A stretch of 64,000 nucleotides of DNA, taken from a virus. Both the position numbers and the translations under genes were made by a program. Location of the stretch: positions 16,264 to 80,263 of IMG/VR virus record IMGVR_UViG_3300025646_000024; one strand, written 5' to 3'. Within the stretch, counting starts at the first letter, position 1. Each line of letters opens with the position of its first letter. Shown piece after piece: positions 36,503 through 47,706 of this stretch. Below the pieces are notes generated by a model. That model was not told the origin of the DNA. It searched no databases and saw only the letters and a list, made by a program, of their open reading frames with translations.

Positions 36503-37323
36503 TGGCAAAACCAAGTAGCAGAGTACAATTAAAAGAATATTGTCTTCGTAAACTTGGTAAGCCAGTGATTGAAATTAACGTGGACGATGATCAGATTGAA
36601 GATCTAATTGATGATACCATTCAACTCTTCAATGAAAGAGCATATAATGGTATGGAGAGAACGTATTTAAAATATAAACTTAGTCAAGAAGATATTGATA
36701 ACGGGAAGAAAAGAAACTTCACTACAACTACTACAGATACCAACGAATCTGATAATTCTAGAACTTTAAATTTTGAAGAAGGTAGAGGATATTTAACAAT
36801 ACCAGATCACGTTATTGGTGTGCAAGGTATTTTTAAAGTATCAAATGCTTTTGTCAATAATATGTTTGGTTTTAGATACCAGTTTTTCTTGAATGATTTT
36901 TATAACTTTTATTCTTATGATATCATGAATTATTACATGGTATTAACTTATCTTGAAACTCTGGATTTTATGTTAGAGGGTAATAAAGATATTAGATATA
37001 ATAAAGTTCAAAATAGATTGTACATTGATTTAGATTGGGGTATGCAATCTAAAGATGATTTTATAGTTATTGATTGTTATAGAGCTTTAAATCCAAATGA
37101 ATTTACAAAATTATATGATGAAATTTGGGTTAAGAAATATTTGACTGCATTAATCAAAAAACAATGGGGGCAAAATTTAGGTAAATTTGAAGGAATTCAA
37201 ATGCCAGGTGGAGTTACATTTAATGGCAGACAATTTTATGATGATGCAGTACAAGAAATAGATAAATTAGAAGAAACTTTAATGACAACTTATTCTTTGC
37301 CACCACTTGATATGGTAGGATAA
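36502..37323 (+). CDS. g13: Neck protein gp13
   Basis: LKEYCLRKLGKPVIEINVDDDQ; KQWGQNL.KF.G.Q.PGG. Confidence 0.95.
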   Translation: MAKPSSRVQLKEYCLRKLGKPVIEINVDDDQIEDLIDDTIQLFNERAYNGMERTYLKYKLSQEDIDNGKKRNFTTTTTDTNESDNSRTLNFEEGRGYLTIPDHVIGVQGIFKVSNAFVNNMFGFRYQFFLNDFYNFYSYDIMNYYMVLTYLETLDFMLEGNKDIRYNKVQNRLYIDLDWGMQSKDDFIVIDCYRALNPNEFTKLYDEIWVKKYLTALIKKQWGQNLGKFEGIQMPGGVTFNGRQFYDDAVQEIDKLEETLMTTYSLPPLDMVG

Positions 37324-38420
37324 TGAAAAACGTTTACTTTTCACATGGAACTTCATCTGAACAGAGACTCTATGAAGATTTAATCATAGAGTCTCTGAAA
37401 ATATATGGATTTGATGTTTATTATCTTCCAAGAGAAATTTCTCAAGATGATAGATTATTTGGAGAAGATCCACTTGCATTGTTTGATGAAAACTACATGA
37501 TCGAGATGTATGTGTCAAACTATGAGGGTTTCACTGGAGAAGGAACCCTGTTAACTAGGTTTGGTGTACGAATTGCAGAAGAAGCTACGTTTATTATATC
37601 AAAAAGACGTTGGGAAGATTTAATATCATCTTCTAATAATTTAATTTCTAGTAAAAGACCTAATGAAGGAGACGTAATTTATTTCCCACTAACAAATCAA
37701 TTATTTCAAATTAAATTTGTAGAACATAATAAACCATTCAGGCAATTAGGACAGATTGCAACTTATCAACTAGTTTGCGAAGTAATGGAAGATTCCAGTG
37801 AAAGATTTGAAACTGGAATTGATGAGATTGATAATATTAGAAGAGATGAAGGATATTCTATTACGTTTAATTTAACAGAAGGTATAAAACAAATCAATGT
37901 TCTTACAAGTGGAACTGGATATACTGCGTCTGGAACTACTATTACAATAGGATCTATATATGGTGCATCTGGAGCAACAGCTGCAGCAACAGTCTCCTCG
38001 GGAACAATTACTGGAGTAAAAGTTATTGAACCTGGAACTGGATATACAACTGTTCCATCAGTTACTATTAATGGTGCTGGAACTGGAGCTACTGCACAAG
38101 CAGTGTTAGCTCTCAAAGGAAATTATAAAGTTGGTGAAATAGTAATTGGTTCTAAAAGTAATGCAAGAGGAAAAGTTATTCGATATGATATTTCAAACAA
38201 GGAATTAGAACTTATAGATATAGTAGGAACATTTGTGGATAATGAACTTCTTGTTGGACAAACAAGTAATGCTCAATGGATCACAAATTCATTTAGTTCT
38301 ATAGAAAATCAAAATGATGATTTCAATGAAAACAAATGGTTTGAAGATCAAGGTAACACACTTGTTGATTGGTCCGAAAGAAATCCATTCGGTGAATATA
38401 CAAATATGGGAGACTTCTAA
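37323..38420 (+). CDS. g14: Neck protein gp14
   Basis: EQRLYEDLIIESLKIYG.DVYYLPR; RPNEGD.IYFP; SE.NPFG. Confidence 0.93.
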   Translation: MKNVYFSHGTSSEQRLYEDLIIESLKIYGFDVYYLPREISQDDRLFGEDPLALFDENYMIEMYVSNYEGFTGEGTLLTRFGVRIAEEATFIISKRRWEDLISSSNNLISSKRPNEGDVIYFPLTNQLFQIKFVEHNKPFRQLGQIATYQLVCEVMEDSSERFETGIDEIDNIRRDEGYSITFNLTEGIKQINVLTSGTGYTASGTTITIGSIYGASGATAAATVSSGTITGVKVIEPGTGYTTVPSVTINGAGTGATAQAVLALKGNYKVGEIVIGSKSNARGKVIRYDISNKELELIDIVGTFVDNELLVGQTSNAQWITNSFSSIENQNDDFNENKWFEDQGNTLVDWSERNPFGEYTNMGDF

Positions 38421-39217
38421 TGTTAGGCACACATTTTTATAACGAATCTATTCGCAAAACAATTATTGGTTTTGGAACATTATTTAATAACATTGAATTA
38501 CAACGAAAAGATAAACTTGGTTCTGTTCAACAAACTATTAAAGTTCCATTGGCATATGGTCCAATTGAAAAATTTCTTGCAAGGGTTGAAGCTGAACCAG
38601 ATTTAGATAAGAGACGACCAACTCAAATTCAATTACCTAGAATTTCATTTGAAATGAAAGGAATTTCATATGATCCATCTAGGAAACTTGGACCAACTCA
38701 GGTTTGCAGGACTCCAAAAGACGGAGAAACTGACATAACATATTCTCATTATATGCCAGTTCCATATAATTTAGATTTTGAAGTTGCAATTATTAGTAAG
38801 AATAATGATGATGCAGTTCAAATTTTAGAACAGATTCTACCTTTCTTTCAACCATTTTTTTCAGTCACAATTAATATGGTAAGTGAAACAGATGAGAAAA
38901 AAGATATTCCAATCTTATTAAATAATGTTTCTATTCAAGATGATTATGAAGGAGATTTCAAAGTAAGAAGAACAATTATATATACTTTAACTTTTACAGC
39001 AAAATCATATATCTACGGTCCAATTACGACTTCAGATGTAATTAAGAAAGTTAATGTTGATATTGGAACTGCAATTAATGCAAATCGTTATATTACCTAT
39101 AGTGCAACGCCAAAAGCACTTGAAGATTTAAATAATGATGGACAGATTAATGCAGATGATGATCTACTAGTTGAACCAGAAGATAATTTTGGATTTAATG
39201 AAATTTGGACAGAATAA
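38420..39217 (+). CDS. g15: Tail sheath stabiliser/completion protein gp15
   Basis: FYNESIRK.IIGFGTLFNNI; VPLAYGP..KF; LPRISFE. Confidence 0.95.
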   Translation: MLGTHFYNESIRKTIIGFGTLFNNIELQRKDKLGSVQQTIKVPLAYGPIEKFLARVEAEPDLDKRRPTQIQLPRISFEMKGISYDPSRKLGPTQVCRTPKDGETDITYSHYMPVPYNLDFEVAIISKNNDDAVQILEQILPFFQPFFSVTINMVSETDEKKDIPILLNNVSIQDDYEGDFKVRRTIIYTLTFTAKSYIYGPITTSDVIKKVNVDIGTAINANRYITYSATPKALEDLNNDGQINADDDLLVEPEDNFGFNEIWTE

Positions 39218-39219
39218 TT

Positions 39220-39633
39220 ATGTCATCATACGATAACTTAGATGATGTATTCAATATAGTTCCACAAGATTCCGAAAAGGAATTAACTACTGTGGAAGTA
39301 GATTCAGATCTAGATCATATTGAAGCAGACTATCAGTATAGTAGAAATCAACTATACAAATTAATTCAGAAAGGTCAGCAAGCTATAGATGGTATTATAG
39401 ATGTAGCCTCAAGTAGTGATCACCCAAGGGCTTATGAAGTAGCATTTCAAGGGATGAAACATGTCTCTGATATGACTGACAAACTTATTGATCTACAAAA
39501 GAAAATGAAAACAATTGAAGGGGATGTTCCACAGAAGGGACCATCTACTATTAACAATACTATGTTTGTTGGATCTACTGCAGAACTTCAAAAGTTTCTA
39601 AAACAATCAAAAATAAATAATATAGAAGAATAG
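39220..39633 (+). CDS. g16: Terminase small subunit gp16
   Basis: DYQYSR..LY.LI.KG; HPRAYEV; FVGST.ELQK. Confidence 0.92.
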   Translation: MSSYDNLDDVFNIVPQDSEKELTTVEVDSDLDHIEADYQYSRNQLYKLIQKGQQAIDGIIDVASSSDHPRAYEVAFQGMKHVSDMTDKLIDLQKKMKTIEGDVPQKGPSTINNTMFVGSTAELQKFLKQSKINNIEE

Positions 39634-39643
39634 GAGTATTTTA

Positions 39644-40195
39644 ATGTCTGTACTTAAAGTCGTGCAAAATATTGCTGCAGTAGCTTGCACTGGTGGTAAT
39701 GCTGTTCAATCTGCAGCCGTCATTGTTAAAAGTGGAATTTATCGTTTCACTGCTGATACAAGTGACGCAATCCATGTTGCTTGGGGTGGCAATCCAACTG
39801 CAGTAGATGGAAATGACTTTCATATTCCAAAAGAGAATTCTGAGATTGTGAAGTGTGCAACTCCCAAAAAAGTAAGAATTACTTCAATCACTAAAGGAGC
39901 AACAAATACTGTAATGAATATTCCACTTGATACTGGTACTCCTGGACATCCTTTTGCAGTTGGTGATTATGTAACTCTCACTGGATCTTCCGTTGCTGCA
40001 TATAATACTGGAATTGCACACTTAGCAGTTACAGCAGTTACCGATACTTCAATTACAGTTGCACTAGATTCATCTGAATATGCTGCATTCACTGGAACTG
40101 CAACTCTTTCTAATTCAATCAAGTTTTCTGTAAAGCCTGATGGAAATGGTGCTGCTACAGGACACATCACTGAAGTACAGATTGTAGGTGGATAA
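39644..40195 (+). CDS. Hypothetical (probable virion) protein
   Basis: AGGAG SD, AATAAATA upstream, between g16 and g17. Confidence 0.75.
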   Translation: MSVLKVVQNIAAVACTGGNAVQSAAVIVKSGIYRFTADTSDAIHVAWGGNPTAVDGNDFHIPKENSEIVKCATPKKVRITSITKGATNTVMNIPLDTGTPGHPFAVGDYVTLTGSSVAAYNTGIAHLAVTAVTDTSITVALDSSEYAAFTGTATLSNSIKFSVKPDGNGAATGHITEVQIVGG

Positions 40196-41250
40196 TGGCA
40201 CAAAAAAGAGTTCCTACTGAAAAAGAGATTGCCAAAAAACATGGCGTATCTGTAGATTATGTTACACGACAAGCTGAGATAGGCTCTACAGTAGAAAGAG
40301 AGCATGTCACCAAGCATGACGAAGCCTACAATATTGCACTTCAGCATATAGCAGAATTTCCAGATTACTACAAGCATTTACTCAAAATGGAAAAGAAACT
40401 CAAGGGAGAATGGAAAAATGGAAAAAAAGCCGTTAAAGAAGAAAAAGAAGAGACTCGTTATTGCCATCTTTGCGAAAAGCCAGAAAAAAAATCTGAATGT
40501 TCTTATGGACCTAGTGCATGGGAAATGAACACTAGTCTTTTGAACATGCAAGAAGATCATAAAGAAATTGCATCTGGAAAGATGAAAGATCATGAAGGTT
40601 ACATGGCAAAACTTGAATTGGATCAAATGGAAAGATCTATTGCCATGCTTCGCAAAGTTATTCGCAAATCAAATCAACAACTTCCAGCTTGGGTGCAATC
40701 TAAAATTACCAGAGCTGCTGATTTTGTAGATACTGCTGCAGAATATCTTTCATCTGATGAAAAATTAAGTGAACAAAAATCATTTTCACAGTTTGTGAGA
40801 GAGGCTAGTTTTGAAATTGATCCCGAACATAATAGATTCAAAAAACAAAAAAAGATTAGAGATCTTGCAGTTAGAACCAACAATCGTGGAGAAAGGACAG
40901 CTGCAGAAAGAAAAATAACAGGACCAGCTTATCAAAAACCAAAACCACAAAAAACTGTGTATATTCAACGAAGCGGTCAATTAAATACTGAGGGGGCTGC
41001 ATGGCAACGTAAAGAAGGTAAAAATCCCACAGGAGGACTAAATGCTGCAGGTAGAGCTTCTGCTAAAAAACAAGGAATGAATTTGAAACCTCCAGTTACT
41101 AAACCACCTTCAGAATTAAATCCAGATTCAGAAGCAGCTAAAAGAAGAAATTCATTCTGTGCAAGAATGGGAGGAAATCCTGGACCAATGAAAGACGAAA
41201 AAGGTAGACCAACAAGAAAAGCATTAGCTTTGCGTAAATGGAATTGTTAA
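40195..41250 (+). CDS. Mosaic multi-module protein, probable internal head polyprotein
   Basis: Modules HIAEFPDYY, CHLC..C.YG, LPAWVQSKIT.A.D, WQRKEGK...SFCARM...RKWNC separated by hydrophobic-x-E linkers. Confidence 0.65.
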   Translation: MAQKRVPTEKEIAKKHGVSVDYVTRQAEIGSTVEREHVTKHDEAYNIALQHIAEFPDYYKHLLKMEKKLKGEWKNGKKAVKEEKEETRYCHLCEKPEKKSECSYGPSAWEMNTSLLNMQEDHKEIASGKMKDHEGYMAKLELDQMERSIAMLRKVIRKSNQQLPAWVQSKITRAADFVDTAAEYLSSDEKLSEQKSFSQFVREASFEIDPEHNRFKKQKKIRDLAVRTNNRGERTAAERKITGPAYQKPKPQKTVYIQRSGQLNTEGAAWQRKEGKNPTGGLNAAGRASAKKQGMNLKPPVTKPPSELNPDSEAAKRRNSFCARMGGNPGPMKDEKGRPTRKALALRKWNC

Positions 41251-41265
41251 TTTAAATTAAACATT

Positions 41266-42942
41266 ATGAGTGAAAGATCTAGTTATAAAGGTAATCCTAA
41301 TTTAAAACCTTCTAACGTACAAATACAATTTACTTCTGAGCAATTAGAAGAGTATTTAAAGTGTCAAGAAGATCCAATTTATTTTGCGAAAAAATATATT
41401 AAAATTGTTTCTCTTGATGAAGGTCTAGTGCCTTTTAAGATGTGGGACTTCCAGGAAAAGTTGATTGATAATTTTCACAAGCATAGATTCAATATTGCAA
41501 AGCTTCCTAGGCAAACTGGTAAGTCAACAACTGTTGTCTCTTACCTACTTCATTATGCTCTTTTTAATCCCAACGTAAAAATAGCGATTCTTGCAAACAA
41601 AGCGGAGACCTCAAGGGAACTTCTATCCAGATTGCAGTTATCATACGAAAACCTACCTAAATGGCTACAGCAGGGAGTGGGTTCTTGGAACCGTGGCTCG
41701 CTTGAACTAGAAAACGGATCGAAGATTATTGCAGCATCTACTTCCTCATCTGCAGTCCGAGGTAACTCTTTTAACATCATCTTCCTTGACGAGTTTGCGT
41801 TCATTCCAAACCATATTGCAGAACAGTTCTTCAGTTCTGTATACCCAACTATTTCGTCTGGTAAGACAACCAAAGTTATTATCATTTCCACTCCAAATGG
41901 AATGAACATGTTCTACAAGTTCTGGCATGATGCAGAACGAGGAAAGAACAGTTATACCCCACTTGAAGTTAACTGGTGGGATGTTCCAGGTAGAGACCAA
42001 AAGTGGAAAGAAGAAACTATTGCAAACACTTCTCAGAGGCAGTTTGAGCAGGAGTTTGAATGCACATTCTTAGGATCTGTTGATACTCTCATCAATCCAA
42101 ATAAATTACGTTCAATGGTTTATGAGGACCCACTAAAACGAAGTGGGGGACTAGATATCTATGAAGAGGTTATTGAAGGCCATGATTATGTAATGACTGT
42201 TGATGTTGCACGAGGAGTTGGAAATGATTACTCTGCATTTGCTGTTGTAGATGTTACTACAATTCCATATAAATTAGTAGCAAAATATAAAAATAACGAA
42301 ATTAAACCAATTCTGTTCCCTAATATTATTGATACAGTAGGACGTAATTATAATAACGCCAACGTATTAGTAGAAGTTAATGATATTGGTGGACAGGTAG
42401 CTGACATTCTTCAGTTTGATTTAGAGTATGACAACTTGCTCATGTGTGCAATGAAAGGTCGTGCAGGTCAGATTGTAGGCACTGGATTTTCAAATAAAGC
42501 ACAGCTAGGTGTAAAAATGACCAAAGCTGTGAAAAAATATGGTTGTGCTAATTTAAAAGCATTGATTGAAGATGATAAGTTATTAGTTCCAGACTATGAT
42601 ATTATTAGTGAATTGACAACGTTTATCCAAAAAAGTGATACCTTCAATGCAGAAGAAGGTTGCAATGATGACCTTGCGATGTGCCTTGTAATTTTCTCTT
42701 GGTTATCCACTCAACCTTACTTTAGGGAGCTTACTTCAAATGACGTTAGGAAAAGAATTTTTGAAGATCAAAGAGAGGCTATCGAGCAGGATATGGCTCC
42801 ATTTGGTTTTATATTGGATGGCTTGACTGATGATGAGACTACATTTGTAGATACTAAAGGAGACTATTGGGTGTCTGCAACAGATAGCAAATGGAATGTT
42901 GATGAATATGGTGACATGGCGTACATGTGGGAGTATAAGTGA
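41266..42942 (+). CDS. g17: Terminase large subunit gp17
   Basis: PRQTGKST Walker A; IIFLDEFAF; STPNG; DVARG; DDLAM. Confidence 0.97.
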   Translation: MSERSSYKGNPNLKPSNVQIQFTSEQLEEYLKCQEDPIYFAKKYIKIVSLDEGLVPFKMWDFQEKLIDNFHKHRFNIAKLPRQTGKSTTVVSYLLHYALFNPNVKIAILANKAETSRELLSRLQLSYENLPKWLQQGVGSWNRGSLELENGSKIIAASTSSSAVRGNSFNIIFLDEFAFIPNHIAEQFFSSVYPTISSGKTTKVIIISTPNGMNMFYKFWHDAERGKNSYTPLEVNWWDVPGRDQKWKEETIANTSQRQFEQEFECTFLGSVDTLINPNKLRSMVYEDPLKRSGGLDIYEEVIEGHDYVMTVDVARGVGNDYSAFAVVDVTTIPYKLVAKYKNNEIKPILFPNIIDTVGRNYNNANVLVEVNDIGGQVADILQFDLEYDNLLMCAMKGRAGQIVGTGFSNKAQLGVKMTKAVKKYGCANLKALIEDDKLLVPDYDIISELTTFIQKSDTFNAEEGCNDDLAMCLVIFSWLSTQPYFRELTSNDVRKRIFEDQREAIEQDMAPFGFILDGLTDDETTFVDTKGDYWVSATDSKWNVDEYGDMAYMWEYK

Positions 42943-43003
42943 CCTCAAAATATAAAGATAAATAAATAGTTTTGAGAAAAAAAATCTCATAGAGGTAATA
43001 AAC

Positions 43004-45019
43004 ATGGCGTTTGCTTCACCTGGAGTATCTATCAAGGAAGTTGACTTAACTCCTACAATTAATGTATCTGACCAAAATATTGGAGCAGTTGTAATTGCTG
43101 CCGAAACTGGTCCTGTAGATACTGTAACTTTTGTTACTAGTGAAAAGGAATTAGTAGACACATTTGGTAAACCAAATGATAATAACTACGAGTCTTGGTT
43201 TGCTGCATCAACTATCATTCAGTACGGTGGTATTGCAGCTGTAGTTAGACCAACAAGTTCAAACATTGTACTAAACTCTTCATCTGATGCTGGATTAGCT
43301 AGCTTCATCATCAAGAGCAAGTTTGATTTTGATAACTACAGTGGAACCGCATTCAAATTTGCTGGCAGAAGTGCAGGTTCACTATTCAATTCAATTAAAG
43401 TAGTTGCAGTTGATCATGGTGCAGATCAAGTAATCACTTATACTGGAGCAGATCCTTCAGTAGTTGCTGGAGATGCAATTAGAATTCTAAATGGCGGAAC
43501 TCTACTTGGCACTGGATGGATCTATAAAGTAGACCCCACTGCAAATACACTCCACATTATTCTAAATGATAGTACTAAGAGAATTCCATCCACTGGAACT
43601 GCTACATATAGCATCACAGATAATGCTGGAACTCCTGTAGTTCTAGTTGCAGCTGGAGAAATTGGATCAGTAAATAATACTTACTACGATACTCTTGAGT
43701 ATGCATCTGGATTAAAGTGGAGAGATGTAGCACCTCAGCCAGGAACATCTGCGTCAGTAGCCGCTAAAGGCGGCAAGTTTGATGAAATGCACATCCTTGT
43801 TATTGATGAAGATGGTAATATTTCTGGCACTCCAAATACAATTCTAGAAAAATATCTATTTGTTTCAAAAGCAAAGGATGCAAGCACTCTAGATGGATCA
43901 CTAGTGTATTTCTATAGCGCAATCGCAGAAAGATCCAAGTACATCTTCCCAGGATATTCAACTGAATTAGATTTTATTAGCACTTCAAAAATTACACTAG
44001 AAGGAGTAACTAATACATCTATTGGAGAAACAAATAGTGCAAATAAGGTCTTTTCTCCAATTTTAAACGCAGGCTCTTCAGTTCTAGGTTTCAGTCTAAC
44101 AGGTGGTACTGACTATGACTTTACTAATGATGCTTCTGACATCGCAGCAGCAGTAACTAATGGATATGAGCTTCTCAGAGATTCTGAAACATTCAATGAC
44201 GTAGATTTTCTAATCCCAGGTAGCATCAACCTTGATAGAGCAGCTAAGCTAATTGACATCGCAGAATCAAGAAGAGATTGTGTAGCAGTAATTTCTCCAA
44301 GAAGATCTGATGTAATTAACAGCTCAACCAGTGATGTTAAAACTGAAAACATTGTAGATTTCTTCAGTGGAATTGCAAGTAGCTCATTTGCAATGTTCGA
44401 CTCTGGATATAAGTACATCTATGATAAGTTTAATGACACATATCGCTACGTACCTTGTGCTGCTGACGTTGCAGGTCTTTGCATTAATACTACTATTAAT
44501 TCAGAAACTTGGTTCTCACCAGCAGGTTATAACAGAGGCAATCTAAGAAACGCAACCAAACTTGCATATTCACCAAAACAATCAGAAAGAGACAGACTCT
44601 ATACAAATAGAATCAACCCAATTGTTTCCTTCCCAGGTCAAGGCATTGTTCTCTTTGGAGATAAGACTGCACTATCTTCTCCTAGTGCTTTCAATAGAAT
44701 TAATGTTCGCAGACTGTTTATTGAAATTGAAAAGAACATTGCAAGATTCTCTAAATTCCAGCTATTTGAAATTAATGATGAAGTAACCAGAAGTTCATTC
44801 AAAGCTGCAGTAGAGCCTTACCTCAGAGGGGTTCAAGGTAGAAGAGGAATTTATGATTTCCTTGTTGTATGTGACGAAACTAATAATACTTCTGATGTCA
44901 TTGATAGAAATGAATTTAATGCTGAGATTTATGTTAAACCTGCGAGAAGCATTAACTTTATTACCATTACCTTTACTGCTACAAGAACTGGTATTTCCTT
45001 TGGCGAACTAACTCAGTAA
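43004..45019 (+). CDS. g18: Tail sheath protein gp18
   Basis: SPGV.IKEVDLT; WFSPAG.NRG; RINVRRLF; YVKPARSINFI. Confidence 0.97.
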   Translation: MAFASPGVSIKEVDLTPTINVSDQNIGAVVIAAETGPVDTVTFVTSEKELVDTFGKPNDNNYESWFAASTIIQYGGIAAVVRPTSSNIVLNSSSDAGLASFIIKSKFDFDNYSGTAFKFAGRSAGSLFNSIKVVAVDHGADQVITYTGADPSVVAGDAIRILNGGTLLGTGWIYKVDPTANTLHIILNDSTKRIPSTGTATYSITDNAGTPVVLVAAGEIGSVNNTYYDTLEYASGLKWRDVAPQPGTSASVAAKGGKFDEMHILVIDEDGNISGTPNTILEKYLFVSKAKDASTLDGSLVYFYSAIAERSKYIFPGYSTELDFISTSKITLEGVTNTSIGETNSANKVFSPILNAGSSVLGFSLTGGTDYDFTNDASDIAAAVTNGYELLRDSETFNDVDFLIPGSINLDRAAKLIDIAESRRDCVAVISPRRSDVINSSTSDVKTENIVDFFSGIASSSFAMFDSGYKYIYDKFNDTYRYVPCAADVAGLCINTTINSETWFSPAGYNRGNLRNATKLAYSPKQSERDRLYTNRINPIVSFPGQGIVLFGDKTALSSPSAFNRINVRRLFIEIEKNIARFSKFQLFEINDEVTRSSFKAAVEPYLRGVQGRRGIYDFLVVCDETNNTSDVIDRNEFNAEIYVKPARSINFITITFTATRTGISFGELTQ

Positions 45020-45051
45020 TTAATTTTTTGTAAACCATCTAGGAGAACACA

Positions 45052-45687
45052 ATGGCTAAGAGTATCTCAGATTTCAAATCATATTTAAAAAAAGGTGGGG
45101 CAAGACCTAACCTATTCCTCGTTAGATTAAATTTTCCATCACAACTTAACCAAGTTTTAGATATTGAATCCCGTGGTGGATCTTCAGCTGGAAATTTAAC
45201 TACTCAAGCTGAATTTTTAGTAAAAACAGCTCAAATTCCAGCATCAAACATTGGAACTATTGAAGTTCCATATCGTGGAAGAATGCTTAAAGTTGCTGGA
45301 GATAGAACTTTTGAACCATGGTCAGTAACAGTTGTAAATGATGGCAATTTTGAAATTCGTAAAGCATTTGAAACTTGGTCAAGAGGAATTAATGCACTAA
45401 CTGAAAACGTATCTCAGTTAGGTTATGGTGCAGATGGTGGAGCATCTTATTGTGTAGACATGACTGTATTCCAACTCAGCAGAGATGGACAAGCTCCAAG
45501 TAGAACACCAGACAGCAATAATTCTGGAACAGATGGAATGGAAACCATTCGTGCATATAAGTTTTATGACGCATGGCCTTCAGCAATTTCTTCAATTGAT
45601 CTTTCTTTTGAAGCAAATGACCAAATTGAAGAGTTTACTGTAGAATTTCAGTACAACTTCTTTGAAGTTACCAAGGATAAAGTTTGA
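45052..45687 (+). CDS. g19: Tail tube protein gp19
   Basis: GGARPNLF; AGDRTFEPW; IEEFTVEFQY. Confidence 0.96.
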   Translation: MAKSISDFKSYLKKGGARPNLFLVRLNFPSQLNQVLDIESRGGSSAGNLTTQAEFLVKTAQIPASNIGTIEVPYRGRMLKVAGDRTFEPWSVTVVNDGNFEIRKAFETWSRGINALTENVSQLGYGADGGASYCVDMTVFQLSRDGQAPSRTPDSNNSGTDGMETIRAYKFYDAWPSAISSIDLSFEANDQIEEFTVEFQYNFFEVTKDKV

Positions 45688-45722
45688 TACTAAATACTAT
45701 ATAAAGAGTTTTTAGGATTATT

Positions 45723-47420
45723 ATGACTCAATTATTTGGTTTCTCAATTGAAGACAGAAAAAAGAAACCAGCAAAGGCGTTTTCACCAGCGCCTCCTAAT
45801 GATGATGATGGCACCTCAGTAGTAGCTGCAGGTGCCTATTTTGGTCAATACCTAGACTTAGACGGTGTTGGTCAGCACAACAACGAATTTGAGCTGGTTA
45901 GAAAGTATAGAGAAATTGCATTACACCCAGAAATTGATAGTGCTATTGATGATATCATTAACGAAGCAATCAGCAGTGATTTAGATTATGCTCCAGTAGC
46001 AGTAGAACTATCCACATTAGAAGCTAGTGATAAAATTAAAAAATCAATCAAAGAAGAATTTGGTAATATTTTAAGACTACTAAGTTTTGATAAAAAGTGC
46101 CACAATATCTTTCGTCGCTGGTATATTGACGGAAGGTTATATTACCATAAAATCATTGACTTTGATAAACCAAAAGAAGGAATCAAAGAATTAAGATATA
46201 TTGATTCCCTCAAAATTAAAAGAGTACGAGAAATTAAAAGGCAAAAAAATGTAGATTCTCTAACCACCATGGAAGGTCAGAAGTATGACTATGGTGAGTT
46301 TATTGAGTATTACATTTATTTCCCAAGAGGCTACAAAGGTTCAGACGCCAACGGAATTAAAATTTCAAATGATGCAGTTACTTATGTAACATCTGGATTG
46401 TTTGACCACAACAGAAATATGGTTCTTAGTTATCTGTACAAGGCAATTAAGGCTGTAAATCAACTTAGAATGATTGAAGATTCACTAGTAATTTACAGAT
46501 TATCTCGTGCTCCAGAGCGTAGAATTTTTTATATCGACGTAGGCAATTTACCTAAAGTAAAAGCAGAGCAGTATCTACGAGAAGTGATGGGTAGGTATAG
46601 AAATAAACTCGTATATGATTCTGCTACTGGAGAAATTCGTGATGATCGCAAGCATCTAAGTATGCTTGAAGATTTTTGGCTACCAAGACGAGAGGGTGGT
46701 CGTGGCACAGAAATCACTACTCTTCCAGGTGGACAAAACCTTGGAGAACTTGAAGATGTCAAGTATTTCCAGAAGAAACTCTACAAGTCACTAAATATTC
46801 CTCTCTCAAGACTAGAGCAAGAAAGCTCATTTACCATTGGTAGAACTAACGAAATCACTAGAGATGAACTTAAGTTTGCTAAATTTGTTGGTAGACTCCG
46901 TAAGCGTTTTAGTGAACTATTCCATGATCTTCTCAGAACTCAGTTAATTCTAAAGGGAATTATTACTGCAGATGATTGGGAAGAAATGAAAGAATTTATT
47001 CAGTATGATTATATTTTTGATAATCATTTTACTGAACTAAAAAATTCTGAGATGATGAATGATCGTCTCAATATTGTCAATCAAGTTGAGCCATATCTTG
47101 GCAAATATTTTTCAGTTGAATATGTTCGTAGACAAATTCTTAAGCAGACTGATGATGAAATTGAAGAAATTGATATGCAAATTGAGAATGAAAAACAACT
47201 TGGAATTATTCAAGATCCGAATGCAATGATGATGGATCAGCAAGGTATGCTTCCACCTGGCCAAGATCAAGCCATGCAAGGTGATATGGCTGCATCTGGT
47301 GAAGCTGGACCTGCTGGAGGTGGCATGTCTGGTGGTTCTGGTGGAGCTAACGGAACTGGGTTGGATGCGGAGTTTAAAAAATTTGTTTCTCCGTCAGATT
47401 ACGGAAAGGGCAAATTTTAA
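45723..47420 (+). CDS. g20: Portal protein gp20
   Basis: RAPERRIFYIDVGNLPK.KAEQYL; EDFWLPRREGGRGTEITTLPGG. Confidence 0.98.
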   Translation: MTQLFGFSIEDRKKKPAKAFSPAPPNDDDGTSVVAAGAYFGQYLDLDGVGQHNNEFELVRKYREIALHPEIDSAIDDIINEAISSDLDYAPVAVELSTLEASDKIKKSIKEEFGNILRLLSFDKKCHNIFRRWYIDGRLYYHKIIDFDKPKEGIKELRYIDSLKIKRVREIKRQKNVDSLTTMEGQKYDYGEFIEYYIYFPRGYKGSDANGIKISNDAVTYVTSGLFDHNRNMVLSYLYKAIKAVNQLRMIEDSLVIYRLSRAPERRIFYIDVGNLPKVKAEQYLREVMGRYRNKLVYDSATGEIRDDRKHLSMLEDFWLPRREGGRGTEITTLPGGQNLGELEDVKYFQKKLYKSLNIPLSRLEQESSFTIGRTNEITRDELKFAKFVGRLRKRFSELFHDLLRTQLILKGIITADDWEEMKEFIQYDYIFDNHFTELKNSEMMNDRLNIVNQVEPYLGKYFSVEYVRRQILKQTDDEIEEIDMQIENEKQLGIIQDPNAMMMDQQGMLPPGQDQAMQGDMAASGEAGPAGGGMSGGSGGANGTGLDAEFKKFVSPSDYGKGKF

Positions 47421-47460
47421 TAAATAGTTATTGTAATTTTTATACATTATTGAGGTTTTT

Positions 47461-47706
47461 ATGTCTTTGTCACAAGAAATTGTTGATAGCATTATTGCTA
47501 GAAACAATGTAAATGCAAATGAAAAAATTTATGATGCACTATATGGAATAGCTTCCGATAAAATTGGAATGCGAAGAGTTGAACTTGCTCAGAATATGTT
47601 TGCATCAGGTAATTATGAAGATGAAGATGATTACTATGAAGAGGGTGAAGAAGTAGTCGAATATGAAGATGAAGATCAAGAACCAGAAGACGAGTACGAA
47701 CAATGA
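47461..47706 (+). CDS. Small acidic prohead core protein (gp67-like position)
   Basis: Between g20 and g21; very acidic C-terminus. Confidence 0.7.
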   Translation: MSLSQEIVDSIIARNNVNANEKIYDALYGIASDKIGMRRVELAQNMFASGNYEDEDDYYEEGEEVVEYEDEDQEPEDEYEQ

